DNA of 28,279 nucleotides from Bdellovibrio sp. (lineage in GTDB: Bacteria > Bdellovibrionota > Bdellovibrionia > Bdellovibrionales > Bdellovibrionaceae), in contig JBKCUU010000109.1 of the NCBI GenBank assembly GCA_046318155.1, forward strand, positions 1-28,279, in the 5' to 3' direction. Shown here in pieces: positions 1 through 8,116 of this stretch. A program made the translations under genes and the position numbers. Positions within the stretch are counted from its first letter, which is position 1, and each line of letters starts with the position of its first letter. A model generated the notes under the pieces. It did not search any database. It was not told the origin of the DNA and saw nothing but the letters and a program-made list of their open reading frames with translations.

Positions 1-603
1 GTCTTCAACTTTTGCGCCCAAACCAACTACGGCGTCAGCTGACCAGCGGTCTGCTTTCGCACCAAAAGAAACACCGTAAGCAGATTTCTTGTTCTGATCC
101 CCGCCCGCTTTACGCTCAGACGATGCATAGAACAAGTTGAATCCAAGCTCGAGATCCCCAGTTTTCATTCCGTACCAAAGATTTAGAGGATTCTCTAAAC
201 GGCGGAATTCGTTATTCGATGCGGTTCCGACTGGAGAAGCTACAGGACTCAGAGCTTTACCAACAGTGGCTCCAGCCAACATATAGTTGAGTGATGCTGA
301 CTGATGGCCGATGTAGGCGCCCCATTTCGTGTTGTTGTGCGATCGGATAAATCCACCCTCTGCATTTGTAGCATTTGTGCTCGCAGTTGCAGTTGTTGAA
401 GTAGGATCATAAACAGTTCCCGTTCCACCAAACTCAATCGTAACCTGGTCCGAGAGATGCCACATCTGAGAAGGTCTTTCAAAAACCTCTTGGATGTCTG
501 TCGCTGTCGTTCGGGCTAGGCCCAAGGCGCCAACGCGAGCTTTCGATGCGAATGCAGATACCGACGTCAAAGTCAGAGCTGCAATCAAAAGTGTCTTTTT
601 CAT
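1..603 (-). CDS. Major outer-membrane protein, PopA/Bd0427-like (partial, runs off the left edge)
   Basis: Manual translation from ATG 603 is open to base 1 (201 codons): MKKTLLIAALTLTSVSAFA|SKARVGALG...DIQEVFERP...QVTIEFG...AEGGFIR...WGAYIG...ENPLNLWYG...LGFNLFY. Signal peptide, alternating beta-strands and an AAAGGA RBS. The SKAR..AL / TIE.G / AEGGF / GAY.G motifs match my recollection of the Bdellovibrio major OMP. Confidence 0.8.
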   Translation of the reverse strand, partial: MKKTLLIAALTLTSVSAFASKARVGALGLARTTATDIQEVFERPSQMWHLSDQVTIEFGGTGTVYDPTSTTATASTNATNAEGGFIRSHNNTKWGAYIGHQSASLNYMLAGATVGKALSPVASPVGTASNNEFRRLENPLNLWYGMKTGDLELGFNLFYASSERKAGGDQNKKSAYGVSFGAKADRWSADAVVGLGAKVED

Positions 604-674
604 GTGTGTCCTTTCGTTGCTATTCGCTAAGGTTGCTTATCTTCCTTAACCTTTAATTTATTCGTACATTGCAA

Positions 675-703
675 ATGCTAATGATCTGTCAGCGCCAAAG
701 CAA
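675..703 (-). promoter_or_regulatory. sigma70-like promoter for the OMP gene
   Basis: Minus strand TTGCTT (703-698), 17-nt spacer, TAGCAT (680-675), about 70 nt upstream of the ATG. Confidence 0.55.
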
Positions 704-1076
704 GTGGGCTTCAACAAGTGGAAGTCGTGCAAGCATGGGTTTTTGTGTTGTTTTTTTGTGACGGCTCAAAAAGTTTGAAAAAGTCTGACGCAAAAATTCT
801 TGCAAGGACCAGGACTCTCTCGGCTCAAAAAAAAGAACTGTGACGATCCTGGCAAATCCTTGTCTGGCTTTTGTTTGCTGGCGATTGAATCGGCGCATTT
901 GCTTTTGCAAACGCCAAAAAAGTCCCAAAAAACCACCATCATTTTTGGCCACAAAACCACCTCCCGAAGTTTGCTTGTTTTCGTCCACACACGACCTAAT
1001 GCGGGGCTCCATTCGAATTAAAGGCATCGCGGCAAATCAGGACCTAGGTCCGGTGTTTTGAGGTGAAATCCAAATG

Positions 1077-1105
1077 ATGACAGTCACGCCTTGGGCGTTT
1101 AGCCT
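1077..1105 (+). promoter_or_regulatory. sigma70-like promoter for rnr
   Basis: ATGACA (1077-1082), 17-nt spacer, TAGCCT (1100-1105). Confidence 0.45.
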
Positions 1106-1107
1106 TC

Positions 1108-3828
1108 ATGTACAAAATGAATAAGACCAAAAAGCTCCAACAAGGAATGATCAAAAGGCACCCCGACGGGTTTGGCTTCTTTATCCCTGACGATACTGAA
1201 CTCCCCGATGTCTACGTCCCCCGCCACTCAATGAACGGTGTGATGACCAACGATAAGGTGGTCATCTCTGTCGAAGCCGAACGCGGCACCGACCGCTTTC
1301 GCGGTGACATTGTTCGCATTGTTGAGCGAGGCACCAAAAAAATCGTCGGTATCTTTACGCCGCTCCCGAACGGCGGCGGTCTGATTAAAGACGAGGGCAA
1401 AGGCTGGGGTTCTGATCTAAAGATCAAGGCCACCGACACCATGGGCTGCGAAAAGGGCCAGATGGTCGCCGTCGAAATTTTATCTTTTGCTGATGATGGC
1501 AAAGCATTCACTGGCAAAGTCGTACAAGTCATCGGCAGCTCGGCGGATCCTTTAAATGATATCATCCGCGTGGTTCATACTTTGAATATCCCGTCTGAGT
1601 TCTCACCCAAGACCCTTAAAGAGGCCAGCTTTCTCAAGCCTCAAGTCGATGAAAAAGACTTTAAAGGCCGCAAAGATTTGCGCGCTTTAAGATTTGTGAC
1701 CATTGATGGAGCAACCGCCAAGGATTTTGACGACGCCATCTTTATTGAGCAAAACGAACAGGGCTTTCTTCTTTATGTCGCCATCGCGGATGTGAGTCAT
1801 TACGTTCGCCCGGGTAGCGCCATTGATGATGATGCCGCCCAACGCGGGACGAGCGTTTACTTTCCGAACTTTGTGATCCCGATGCTGCCCGAGATTTTGA
1901 GCAATGAGCTGTGCTCGCTCAATCCGCACATTCCGCGACTTTCATTGGTCGCCGAAATACAGATGGATTTTACCGGGCACATGACCTCTTCGGATTTTTA
2001 TGAGGCCGTGATTGAGAGTCATGCCCGCGTCACTTACGGTGAAGCCCAAGAACTTGTTGAAGGCATCGAAATCGAAAAATTCAAGCACGTGGCCGATGAC
2101 ATTCGCCGCGCGGCAGATCTGGCTAAAATTTTGATGGCCAAGCGCTTTCGTGAAGGCTCACTTGATCTTGAAATCCCAGAGACTCAGCTGATGATCGATA
2201 GTGCCGGCAATCCAGTTGATATTATCCGCTCCGAGCGCTTGTTTGCACACCGTTTGATCGAAGAGATGATGCTGGCTGCGAACGTGGCCGTCGCTAAATT
2301 TTTGAGTCAAAAAGAAGTTCCGGCCCTGTACCGCGTGCATGAAGAGCCCAACCCGGATGCGATCGCCCTGCTTGAAAGGTACCTGCGCAATTTTGGCGGC
2401 AACATTAAACTCGACCAAGGCAAACTGCAAAAACGCCTGACCAAAGCTTTGCAAGAGTTTGATGGCAAGCCCGAAGCGCAAGTCTTAAACACTTTAACCT
2501 TACGTTCGATGAGCCAAGCCAAATACAGCGCCAACAATTTGGGTCACTTTGGTTTGGGCTTTGAGTTTTATACGCACTTCACCTCGCCGATTCGCCGGTA
2601 CCCTGATTTGATCATTCACCGCTTGATTAAGAGTCAGGTGATGAAAAATTCGAACTACCGCTTGATGGCCGAAGAAGACTTGCAAAGCGCCGGCACCATG
2701 TTATCGGCTTGCGAGCAGCGCGCGGCCAAAGCCGAACGCCAAATCCAAGCCATTAAAAAAGCGCGCTTCATGCAAAAACATATCGGCGAAGAATTTGACG
2801 GTGTGGTCAGTTCGGTCACCAAGTTTGGCGTCTTTGTCTTGCTTCGCCAATTTGAAATCGATGGGCTTGTTCATATCGACAATTTGTCGGGGCCTAAATT
2901 TGAGCGTTTTGAATTTGACGAAGAAAACCTCAGACTGGTCTCGAAGCGATCAGGCTTTAGTTACACGATCGGCGACCCGATTAAAATCCGCGTGTCTTCA
3001 TCAGATGTCGTCGAAGGCAAGATCGACTTTGAACTGGCCGATGCCATTCCCTCAGAAAAATCTGCAAGCACAAGACCCGGCTCCAAAAACCGCGAACCGG
3101 GGGGACGCAATCCACGCCATGTGGCCGCCCGCCGCGAACGCAGCGCAGGTCCGGAGCGATCTCGAGGCTCGAGTTCTGAACGTCCCAAAAGCGATCAAAG
3201 ACGACCTGAAAAATCAAACGACCGACCCCGCGCGAGCGCGGAGCGTCCCACAGCGAAGACTGAAAAGCCCATGGGCGCTGATTGGAAAAAGCAAGCCGGC
3301 GAAGAATCTCGCAGCGAGCGCTTTATGAAACAAAACGCACGGGCGCTGGGTGATGTTCCGGATGAACTCGATTTAGACGCCCTTCCGGTTGATGACCACG
3401 CCGATTCACTTGAAAGTACACCTCAAACTCCTGGAAAGTTTGATCCGGGTGCCAAACTCGAAGAGGCTTTGCGCAAACGAGGACTGAAACCCGGTGCGGG
3501 TCGACCGTCGCAGGAGTCCTCGGGAACTGCGGGCCCCCAGCGTCTGGCATTTGGAAAAAAAGAACAGCCTGGAAGAGTGCCCGATGAAATGATCGACCGG
3601 CGCCGGCGCTTTCGCCGTGAAGAAGACCGTGATGATCGAAGCGCCGAGGATGAGAAAAAATCCGAACAGTGGTGGCCACGCTCGGGAGCAAAAAAAGCCA
3701 GCGGCAGTGGTGGAAAATCCAAATCGGGTGGGAAGCCCAAACAAGGAAGTAAAAAGTCATCGGGTGGTGGCGGTGGCGGCGGGAAATCCTCGCGCGGTCC
3801 CAAACCCAGCCGACGAGGGCAAAGATGA
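1108..3828 (+). CDS. rnr: Ribonuclease R with long low-complexity C-terminal tail (start may be ATG 1117)
   Basis: Cold-shock/OB motif HPDGFGF, RNB motif TIDGATAKDFDDA, RLIEEMMLAAN, HFGL...YTHFTSPIRRYPDL, S1 domain FGVFV...DGLVHI. Confidence 0.97.
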   Translation: MYKMNKTKKLQQGMIKRHPDGFGFFIPDDTELPDVYVPRHSMNGVMTNDKVVISVEAERGTDRFRGDIVRIVERGTKKIVGIFTPLPNGGGLIKDEGKGWGSDLKIKATDTMGCEKGQMVAVEILSFADDGKAFTGKVVQVIGSSADPLNDIIRVVHTLNIPSEFSPKTLKEASFLKPQVDEKDFKGRKDLRALRFVTIDGATAKDFDDAIFIEQNEQGFLLYVAIADVSHYVRPGSAIDDDAAQRGTSVYFPNFVIPMLPEILSNELCSLNPHIPRLSLVAEIQMDFTGHMTSSDFYEAVIESHARVTYGEAQELVEGIEIEKFKHVADDIRRAADLAKILMAKRFREGSLDLEIPETQLMIDSAGNPVDIIRSERLFAHRLIEEMMLAANVAVAKFLSQKEVPALYRVHEEPNPDAIALLERYLRNFGGNIKLDQGKLQKRLTKALQEFDGKPEAQVLNTLTLRSMSQAKYSANNLGHFGLGFEFYTHFTSPIRRYPDLIIHRLIKSQVMKNSNYRLMAEEDLQSAGTMLSACEQRAAKAERQIQAIKKARFMQKHIGEEFDGVVSSVTKFGVFVLLRQFEIDGLVHIDNLSGPKFERFEFDEENLRLVSKRSGFSYTIGDPIKIRVSSSDVVEGKIDFELADAIPSEKSASTRPGSKNREPGGRNPRHVAARRERSAGPERSRGSSSERPKSDQRRPEKSNDRPRASAERPTAKTEKPMGADWKKQAGEESRSERFMKQNARALGDVPDELDLDALPVDDHADSLESTPQTPGKFDPGAKLEEALRKRGLKPGAGRPSQESSGTAGPQRLAFGKKEQPGRVPDEMIDRRRRFRREEDRDDRSAEDEKKSEQWWPRSGAKKASGSGGKSKSGGKPKQGSKKSSGGGGGGGKSSRGPKPSRRGQR

Positions 3829-5489
3829 GTTTGCTTTCGACCGGGCGCCGGCTTGGCCGCACGATTAAAAATGCCGGCCGCCTGCGAACCATCGTGAGCG
3901 TTTTTGCCAAGCATGGGTTTTCGAACGTCGCCGAACGGGTCAAGCTGGGCCGCTTTTTGATCGAACGCCTCTCGGCCGCCGACAACATTGACCAGCTCTC
4001 GGTTCCTGAACGAATTCGGATGTCTTTTGAGGAACTCGGCCCCACCTTCGTGAAGCTCGGTCAACTGTTGGCGACTCGCCCCGACTTGGTGCCCGAAGAT
4101 TGGGTTCAAGAGTTTTCAAAACTGCACGATCAAGTTCAATCTGTGCCCTTTCGGTTGCTTGAAGACGTTCTGGCCAGCGAACTCGGTCCCGATTGGCGCA
4201 AAAATTTTTTAGAGGTGAACCCCGAACCTTTGGGCGCCGCCAGCATTGCGCAAGTGCACCGTGCGCGTTTGGTTGATGGCACTCCGGTTGTTCTCAAAAT
4301 TCAGCGCCCTGGAATTTTGCAAAAAATTAAAGATGACCTGAACGTTCTTTATTTTCTGGCTGAACTTCTGCACGCCTACGTACCAGAAACGCATGCCTTT
4401 AATCCCATTGGTGTGGTGGATGAATATTTTAAAACATTGGACCTTGAAACCAACTTTGTTGTTGAAGCGAATAACATCCGCCGCTTCACCGAGAACTTTA
4501 AAACAGATCCCGATGTTAAAATTCCAAAGGTGTACTTAGAGCTGACCACCGAACGCCTCTTGGTCATGGAACTGCTGGATGGTGTTCCACTCAGCTCCGA
4601 TGTGGCGATGAAGCAGCCAGGGGTTGATGCGGATGCCCTCATTCGCAAAGGCCTGCGCGTGTACCTCAAGATGGTTTTTCAAGATGGTCTGTTTCATGGC
4701 GATCTTCACGCCGGCAACTTCTTTATCCTGCCGGACAATAAAATCGGGCTCATCGACTTTGGTGTCGTCGGGCGCCTGAACTCCAAGACCCAATCCTCGA
4801 TTGCCAGTATGCTTGTAGCTTTAGCCCGCGAAGATTACGAACGACTGGCTTATGAGTATATCGACTTGGCCCCATTTACAGACCAGATTCAAGCCGACCT
4901 TTTTGCGCGCGATCTCAGAAACCTGATCGCGCCTTTTTACGGTCTGACTCTGAAAAACGTCAACATGGGTAAAGTTTTGCTGGGATCCTCGGCCATCGCC
5001 GCTCGCCACCACCTGGCTGTCCCAACCGAGCTGATGTTATTTTTTAAATCTCTGGTGACGATCGAAGCCATGGGCCGGCGTATTCAAGAGGATTTTGATT
5101 TCTTGGCTTACAGCCTGCAGTTTGCTGGCGAACTGATTAAGACTCAGTACGAGCCGTCAAAAGCGATGGATGAAATCGCGCGCGTCGCCCGGGACTCTCA
5201 GCACCTGCTAAGAGACCTGCCGCGGCAGTTGCACTTTTACCTGCGCAAGGTGAATAGCCCCCGTTACTCATTTCGAATCAATGTTGAAAACCTTGATGAA
5301 CTCAAAAAAGGCGTCGAAACCTCATTCAACCTGCTGTTCTTGGGTATCGTGATCGGCTCTTTGGTTGTGAGCTCTTCGATCTTAGCCGCCAATCACCCCG
5401 AGGGCTCGATTCCGACACTCGCGACCGTCGGGTATTCGTTGGCGGCGGTCTTGGGCTTTTTTGCCTTTATTAATTTTATTAAGAAGTGA
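3825..5489 (+). CDS. UbiB/AarF/ABC1 family atypical kinase
   Basis: LGPTFVKLGQLLATRPD, AASIAQVHRA, VVLKIQRPG, FHGDLHAGN, LIDFG; two C-terminal TM helices; ATGA overlap with the rnr stop. Confidence 0.93.
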   Translation: MSLLSTGRRLGRTIKNAGRLRTIVSVFAKHGFSNVAERVKLGRFLIERLSAADNIDQLSVPERIRMSFEELGPTFVKLGQLLATRPDLVPEDWVQEFSKLHDQVQSVPFRLLEDVLASELGPDWRKNFLEVNPEPLGAASIAQVHRARLVDGTPVVLKIQRPGILQKIKDDLNVLYFLAELLHAYVPETHAFNPIGVVDEYFKTLDLETNFVVEANNIRRFTENFKTDPDVKIPKVYLELTTERLLVMELLDGVPLSSDVAMKQPGVDADALIRKGLRVYLKMVFQDGLFHGDLHAGNFFILPDNKIGLIDFGVVGRLNSKTQSSIASMLVALAREDYERLAYEYIDLAPFTDQIQADLFARDLRNLIAPFYGLTLKNVNMGKVLLGSSAIAARHHLAVPTELMLFFKSLVTIEAMGRRIQEDFDFLAYSLQFAGELIKTQYEPSKAMDEIARVARDSQHLLRDLPRQLHFYLRKVNSPRYSFRINVENLDELKKGVETSFNLLFLGIVIGSLVVSSSILAANHPEGSIPTLATVGYSLAAVLGFFAFINFIKK

Positions 5490-5495
5490 GGACAG

Positions 5496-6263
5496 ATGCT
5501 TCAGTCTTTGGCCTATGAGCTCAGCGTTTTAGCAAAAGCCATTCAGCACAAAAATTTGTCGGCCGCGGCCGTTCACGTCGGTCTCTCGCAGCCTCAGCTT
5601 TCGCGTTTGGTGGCAAAAATTGAATCTGAGCTCAATATTGTCATCTTAGATCGCACGGCTCGCCGCAAATCTGGATGGACGCCGCTCGCACTTGAGCTGT
5701 CGCTGATTTTTACTCGCGGCCTGGGCCGCCTTGAGGGTGAGATCATGGCGCTTGCCGAAGAACGTGAAATCACCGAGCTTCGGATCGGATCGCTCGAGGG
5801 CTTGGGAGCCATCTCGGCGCAGTTTGCAAAATCGTGCTTTGAGCAATTGGGAATGAAGCTTGTTTACTTGGACTTGTTGGACTTTCGAGATCTTGACTCG
5901 CAATTCTTGAGCGGCAACTTCGATCTGATTTTTACGGTCAAGAGTCCCTCCAAGCAAAAATACAATAAAGTCATCGAAGTGGGATTTCAGCAAATGGAAA
6001 AGGTCAACTCAGACCCCAAAACTCTTGTCTGCAGTCCTTTTGAGTACACCGCCCTGGATAAAAAAGAAATTGAAGCGGCTTCTCACCTTTTGGTGAGCAA
6101 TAGCTTGTCACTCAGATCCCAGTGGCTGCACACGGTGGGCGGCTTGGGGACCTTGCCGGTTGATGCCAAAAAGGGACGCGGCAAAGGTCACTATTCGATT
6201 TACCTGATCGGTTCTGATCTCTTAAGTCCGCGCATCTGGGACCAAGTGAAAGCTCTTTTCTAA
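5496..6263 (+). CDS. LysR-type HTH regulator with short, divergent C-terminal domain
   Basis: NLSAAAVHVGLSQPQLSRLVAKIESEL..LDRT is a LysR HTH; GAGGA RBS at 5488-5492. Confidence 0.85.
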   Translation: MLQSLAYELSVLAKAIQHKNLSAAAVHVGLSQPQLSRLVAKIESELNIVILDRTARRKSGWTPLALELSLIFTRGLGRLEGEIMALAEEREITELRIGSLEGLGAISAQFAKSCFEQLGMKLVYLDLLDFRDLDSQFLSGNFDLIFTVKSPSKQKYNKVIEVGFQQMEKVNSDPKTLVCSPFEYTALDKKEIEAASHLLVSNSLSLRSQWLHTVGGLGTLPVDAKKGRGKGHYSIYLIGSDLLSPRIWDQVKALF

Positions 6264-6310
6264 AAGCTCATGTTGTTGACAAGGTTGCTCTGGACCAACG
6301 AAAGGAGATT

Positions 6311-6832
6311 ATGGCAAAAAAATCTGCTAAAAAAACAAAAGTAAAATCTCCCTTGAATGCTTGGGATGCCGACACCTTAAACCTGGCCGAACAAGTTGGC
6401 GCCTTTATCGAGTACTGGGGTTTCAAAAAAATTCATGGCCAAATCTGGACGCTGATTTTTGTCTCGAAAACTCCGGTTGATTCGACAAGCATGGTTCGCG
6501 CACTCAAGGTCTCGAAAGCCTTGGTCAGCCTTGCGATTAAAGATCTGCTTCATTACCAGGTAATTGAACTTGCTGGAAAAGGTACCAAGCGGACGTTGTT
6601 CTTTCGTTCAACGAATGACCTTCAAGGCGTGATCGTCCAGGTTCTAAAAAAGCGCGAAAAAGTTTTGCTCGAGCAGACCAAAGCTTCGATCGAAAAAATT
6701 GGTCAAAATTTCGACGAAACTTCGCCCGTTTCGGAAGTTCGCCTGCATGAACTCAAAGACATGGTGTGGGCGGCGCAAGATTTTCTGGAAGTCTTGATCA
6801 ATACCAATCTAGAACCTTCAGTTGAAAATTAA
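6311..6832 (+). CDS. GbsR/MarR-family winged-helix regulator
   Basis: GAFIEYWGFKKIHGQIWTLIFVS...LKVSKALVSLAIKDL pattern; AAAGGAG RBS at 6301-6307. Confidence 0.8.
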   Translation: MAKKSAKKTKVKSPLNAWDADTLNLAEQVGAFIEYWGFKKIHGQIWTLIFVSKTPVDSTSMVRALKVSKALVSLAIKDLLHYQVIELAGKGTKRTLFFRSTNDLQGVIVQVLKKREKVLLEQTKASIEKIGQNFDETSPVSEVRLHELKDMVWAAQDFLEVLINTNLEPSVEN

Positions 6833-6988
6833 GCAAACTTGAAGTGGACATGAAAGCCCTTTAAACGGCCCTCATCTCACGGGTGTCGAACTTGTCGACA
6901 TCGAGGTGGATCATCTTTTCAAACTCGGCATCATTCTGACCCGCACGAGAAAATCCATGGCAAAGTCGTTTTTAGCAGTGAGGTTTTT

Positions 6989-7075
6989 GTGAAAGTGAGC
7001 ATGCGCTTAAGTCAATACAACAACTGGATGATCTTTGGTGTGTACGCGGCCGCTCTGATGATTGCTGCGGTTTAA
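6989..7075 (+). CDS. Putative 28-aa single-TM small protein
   Basis: GAGG (6980-6983), 5 nt, GTG; MKVSMRLSQYNNWMIFGVYAAALMIAAV*. Alternative ATG at 7001. Hydrophobic C-terminal half. Confidence 0.45.
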   Translation: MKVSMRLSQYNNWMIFGVYAAALMIAAV

Positions 7076-7078
7076 TTT

Positions 7079-7109
7079 AAAAAAAATGGGACTTGCCTCG
7101 GCAAATCCC
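7079..7109 (-). terminator. Intrinsic terminator downstream of flagellin 7153-7986
   Basis: Minus strand GGGATTTGCC-GA-GGCAAGTCCC then A and T8. The G-U pair in the stem works only on the minus strand. Confidence 0.85.
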
Positions 7110-7116
7110 GCTGCAT

Positions 7117-7143
7117 GGGGAGAACGTGGACCACGTTCTCCCC
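7117..7143. repeat. Perfect 13-bp inverted repeat in the flagellin 3' UTR
   Basis: GGGGAGAACGTGG-A-CCACGTTCTCCCC. Confidence 0.9.
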
Positions 7144-7152
7144 TCTCTATCT

Positions 7153-7986
7153 CTAGCTCAGTAGCTTGAGGGCCATTTGCTGGGCGTTGTTAGCTTGTCC
7201 CAACACCGAAATGCCGGCTTGGAGCAAGATGTTGTTGCGGGTCATCTCGGCGGACTCGGCTGCGATATCAGCGTCGCGGATTCGAGAATTCGCGGCACTC
7301 ATATTTTCGTCAACGACAAGCAAATTCTGTGAAGTCGAAACAAGCCTGTTCTGAAGCGCACCAAAGTTGGCTCGGATTCCGTTGACCGATGTGAGAGCAT
7401 CATCCACGGTATTCAAGCTCGCCTGAGCTGATTGTTTTGTCGCGATCGTCTCAGCCGTGAGTCCCAAAGCCTCAAGAGTCGAATTCGCCGCCCCGGCGTT
7501 AAAAGAAATTCGATCTTTAAAAGCGTCATTATGAACACCCACTTGGATATCGATAACACCGCCAGTACCGTTCAGCAGATCGTAGCCGTTGAAGTTCGTT
7601 GACTCTGTGATTCGCTGAATCTCGGACTTGAGCTGCTGGTACTCGACGTCCAAAAACTTTCGCTCCGTATCACCGATGGTGTCAGACGAGGATTGCACCG
7701 CGAGCTCACGCAATCGGATCAAACTCCCCGACACTTCGTTTAAGCTTCCTTCCGCGACTTGAACCAGCGAGATTCCGTCATTCGCATTGCGGTTAGCCTG
7801 CCTAAAGCCCCGAATCGCCGCTTTTAAGTTCTCCGAGATCGCAAGACCTGCGGCATCGTCACCCGCTCTGTTGATTCGGTATCCTGAGCTCAGGCGCTCC
7901 AACGAAGTCGCCATCGCTCGATTGGTCCCCCCTAAGTTTTTTTGGGCATTTAGGGAAGCCACATTGGTCGATATTCTAAGTCCCAT
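7153..7986 (-). CDS. fliC: Flagellin, 277 aa (FliC4-like by recalled position); start is ATG 7986, not 8049
   Basis: MGLRISTNVASLNAQ...LERLSSGYRINRAGDDAAGLAISE...RANFGALQNRL...SRIRDADIA; AAGGAGGA RBS at 7998-7991. Confidence 0.97.
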   Translation of the reverse strand: MGLRISTNVASLNAQKNLGGTNRAMATSLERLSSGYRINRAGDDAAGLAISENLKAAIRGFRQANRNANDGISLVQVAEGSLNEVSGSLIRLRELAVQSSSDTIGDTERKFLDVEYQQLKSEIQRITESTNFNGYDLLNGTGGVIDIQVGVHNDAFKDRISFNAGAANSTLEALGLTAETIATKQSAQASLNTVDDALTSVNGIRANFGALQNRLVSTSQNLLVVDENMSAANSRIRDADIAAESAEMTRNNILLQAGISVLGQANNAQQMALKLLS

Positions 7987-7990
7987 TCTA

Positions 7991-8060
7991 TCCTCCTTGC
8001 ATCGCACATCCTCCGTGATGTGGAGCCGTCCACTTGGCTCCTGAGACATATCCTATGTCT
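7991..8060 (-). promoter_or_regulatory. 5' UTR with three GGA-loop hairpins plus GGA in the RBS (putative CsrA sites)
   Basis: Minus strand AGACATA-GGA-TATGTCT (8060-8044), GGAGCC-AAGTGGAC-GGCTCC (8041-8022), CACATC-ACGGAG-GATGTG (8022-8005), then AAGGAGGA. Confidence 0.75.
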
Positions 8061-8089
8061 GAAAAGTTAAATACCAATTCCTATCAACT

Positions 8090-8116
8090 GAATCGGAATT
8101 GCGCGTCTGAATTTAA
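8090..8116 (-). promoter_or_regulatory. sigma28 (FliA)-like promoter
   Basis: Minus strand TTAA-N15-TCCGATTC versus consensus TAAA-N15-GCCGATAA, upstream of a flagellin. Confidence 0.7.

Noticed and set aside
760..810. c-di-GMP-I riboswitch-like fragments (GAAA...GACGCAAA)
   Set aside because: No GGCAAAC element or paired P1 stem around the GAAA, no P2, and far from the plus-strand gene.
689..1061. Overlapping short ORFs in the OMP/rnr spacer
   Set aside because: K/F-rich translations of A/T tracts on both strands, with no RBS or recognisable motif.
2795..4109. Long alternative and antisense ORFs over the rnr tail (up to 240 aa)
   Set aside because: Shadows of a GC-rich low-complexity region with no domain features.
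6276..6304. Perfect TTGACA before the GbsR-like gene
   Set aside because: No -10 element at 16-18 nt; that position falls on the RBS.
7987..8049. 21-aa N-terminal extension of flagellin in the ORF track
   Set aside because: The strong RBS and conserved MGLRI start place initiation at 7986; the extension is the structured UTR.
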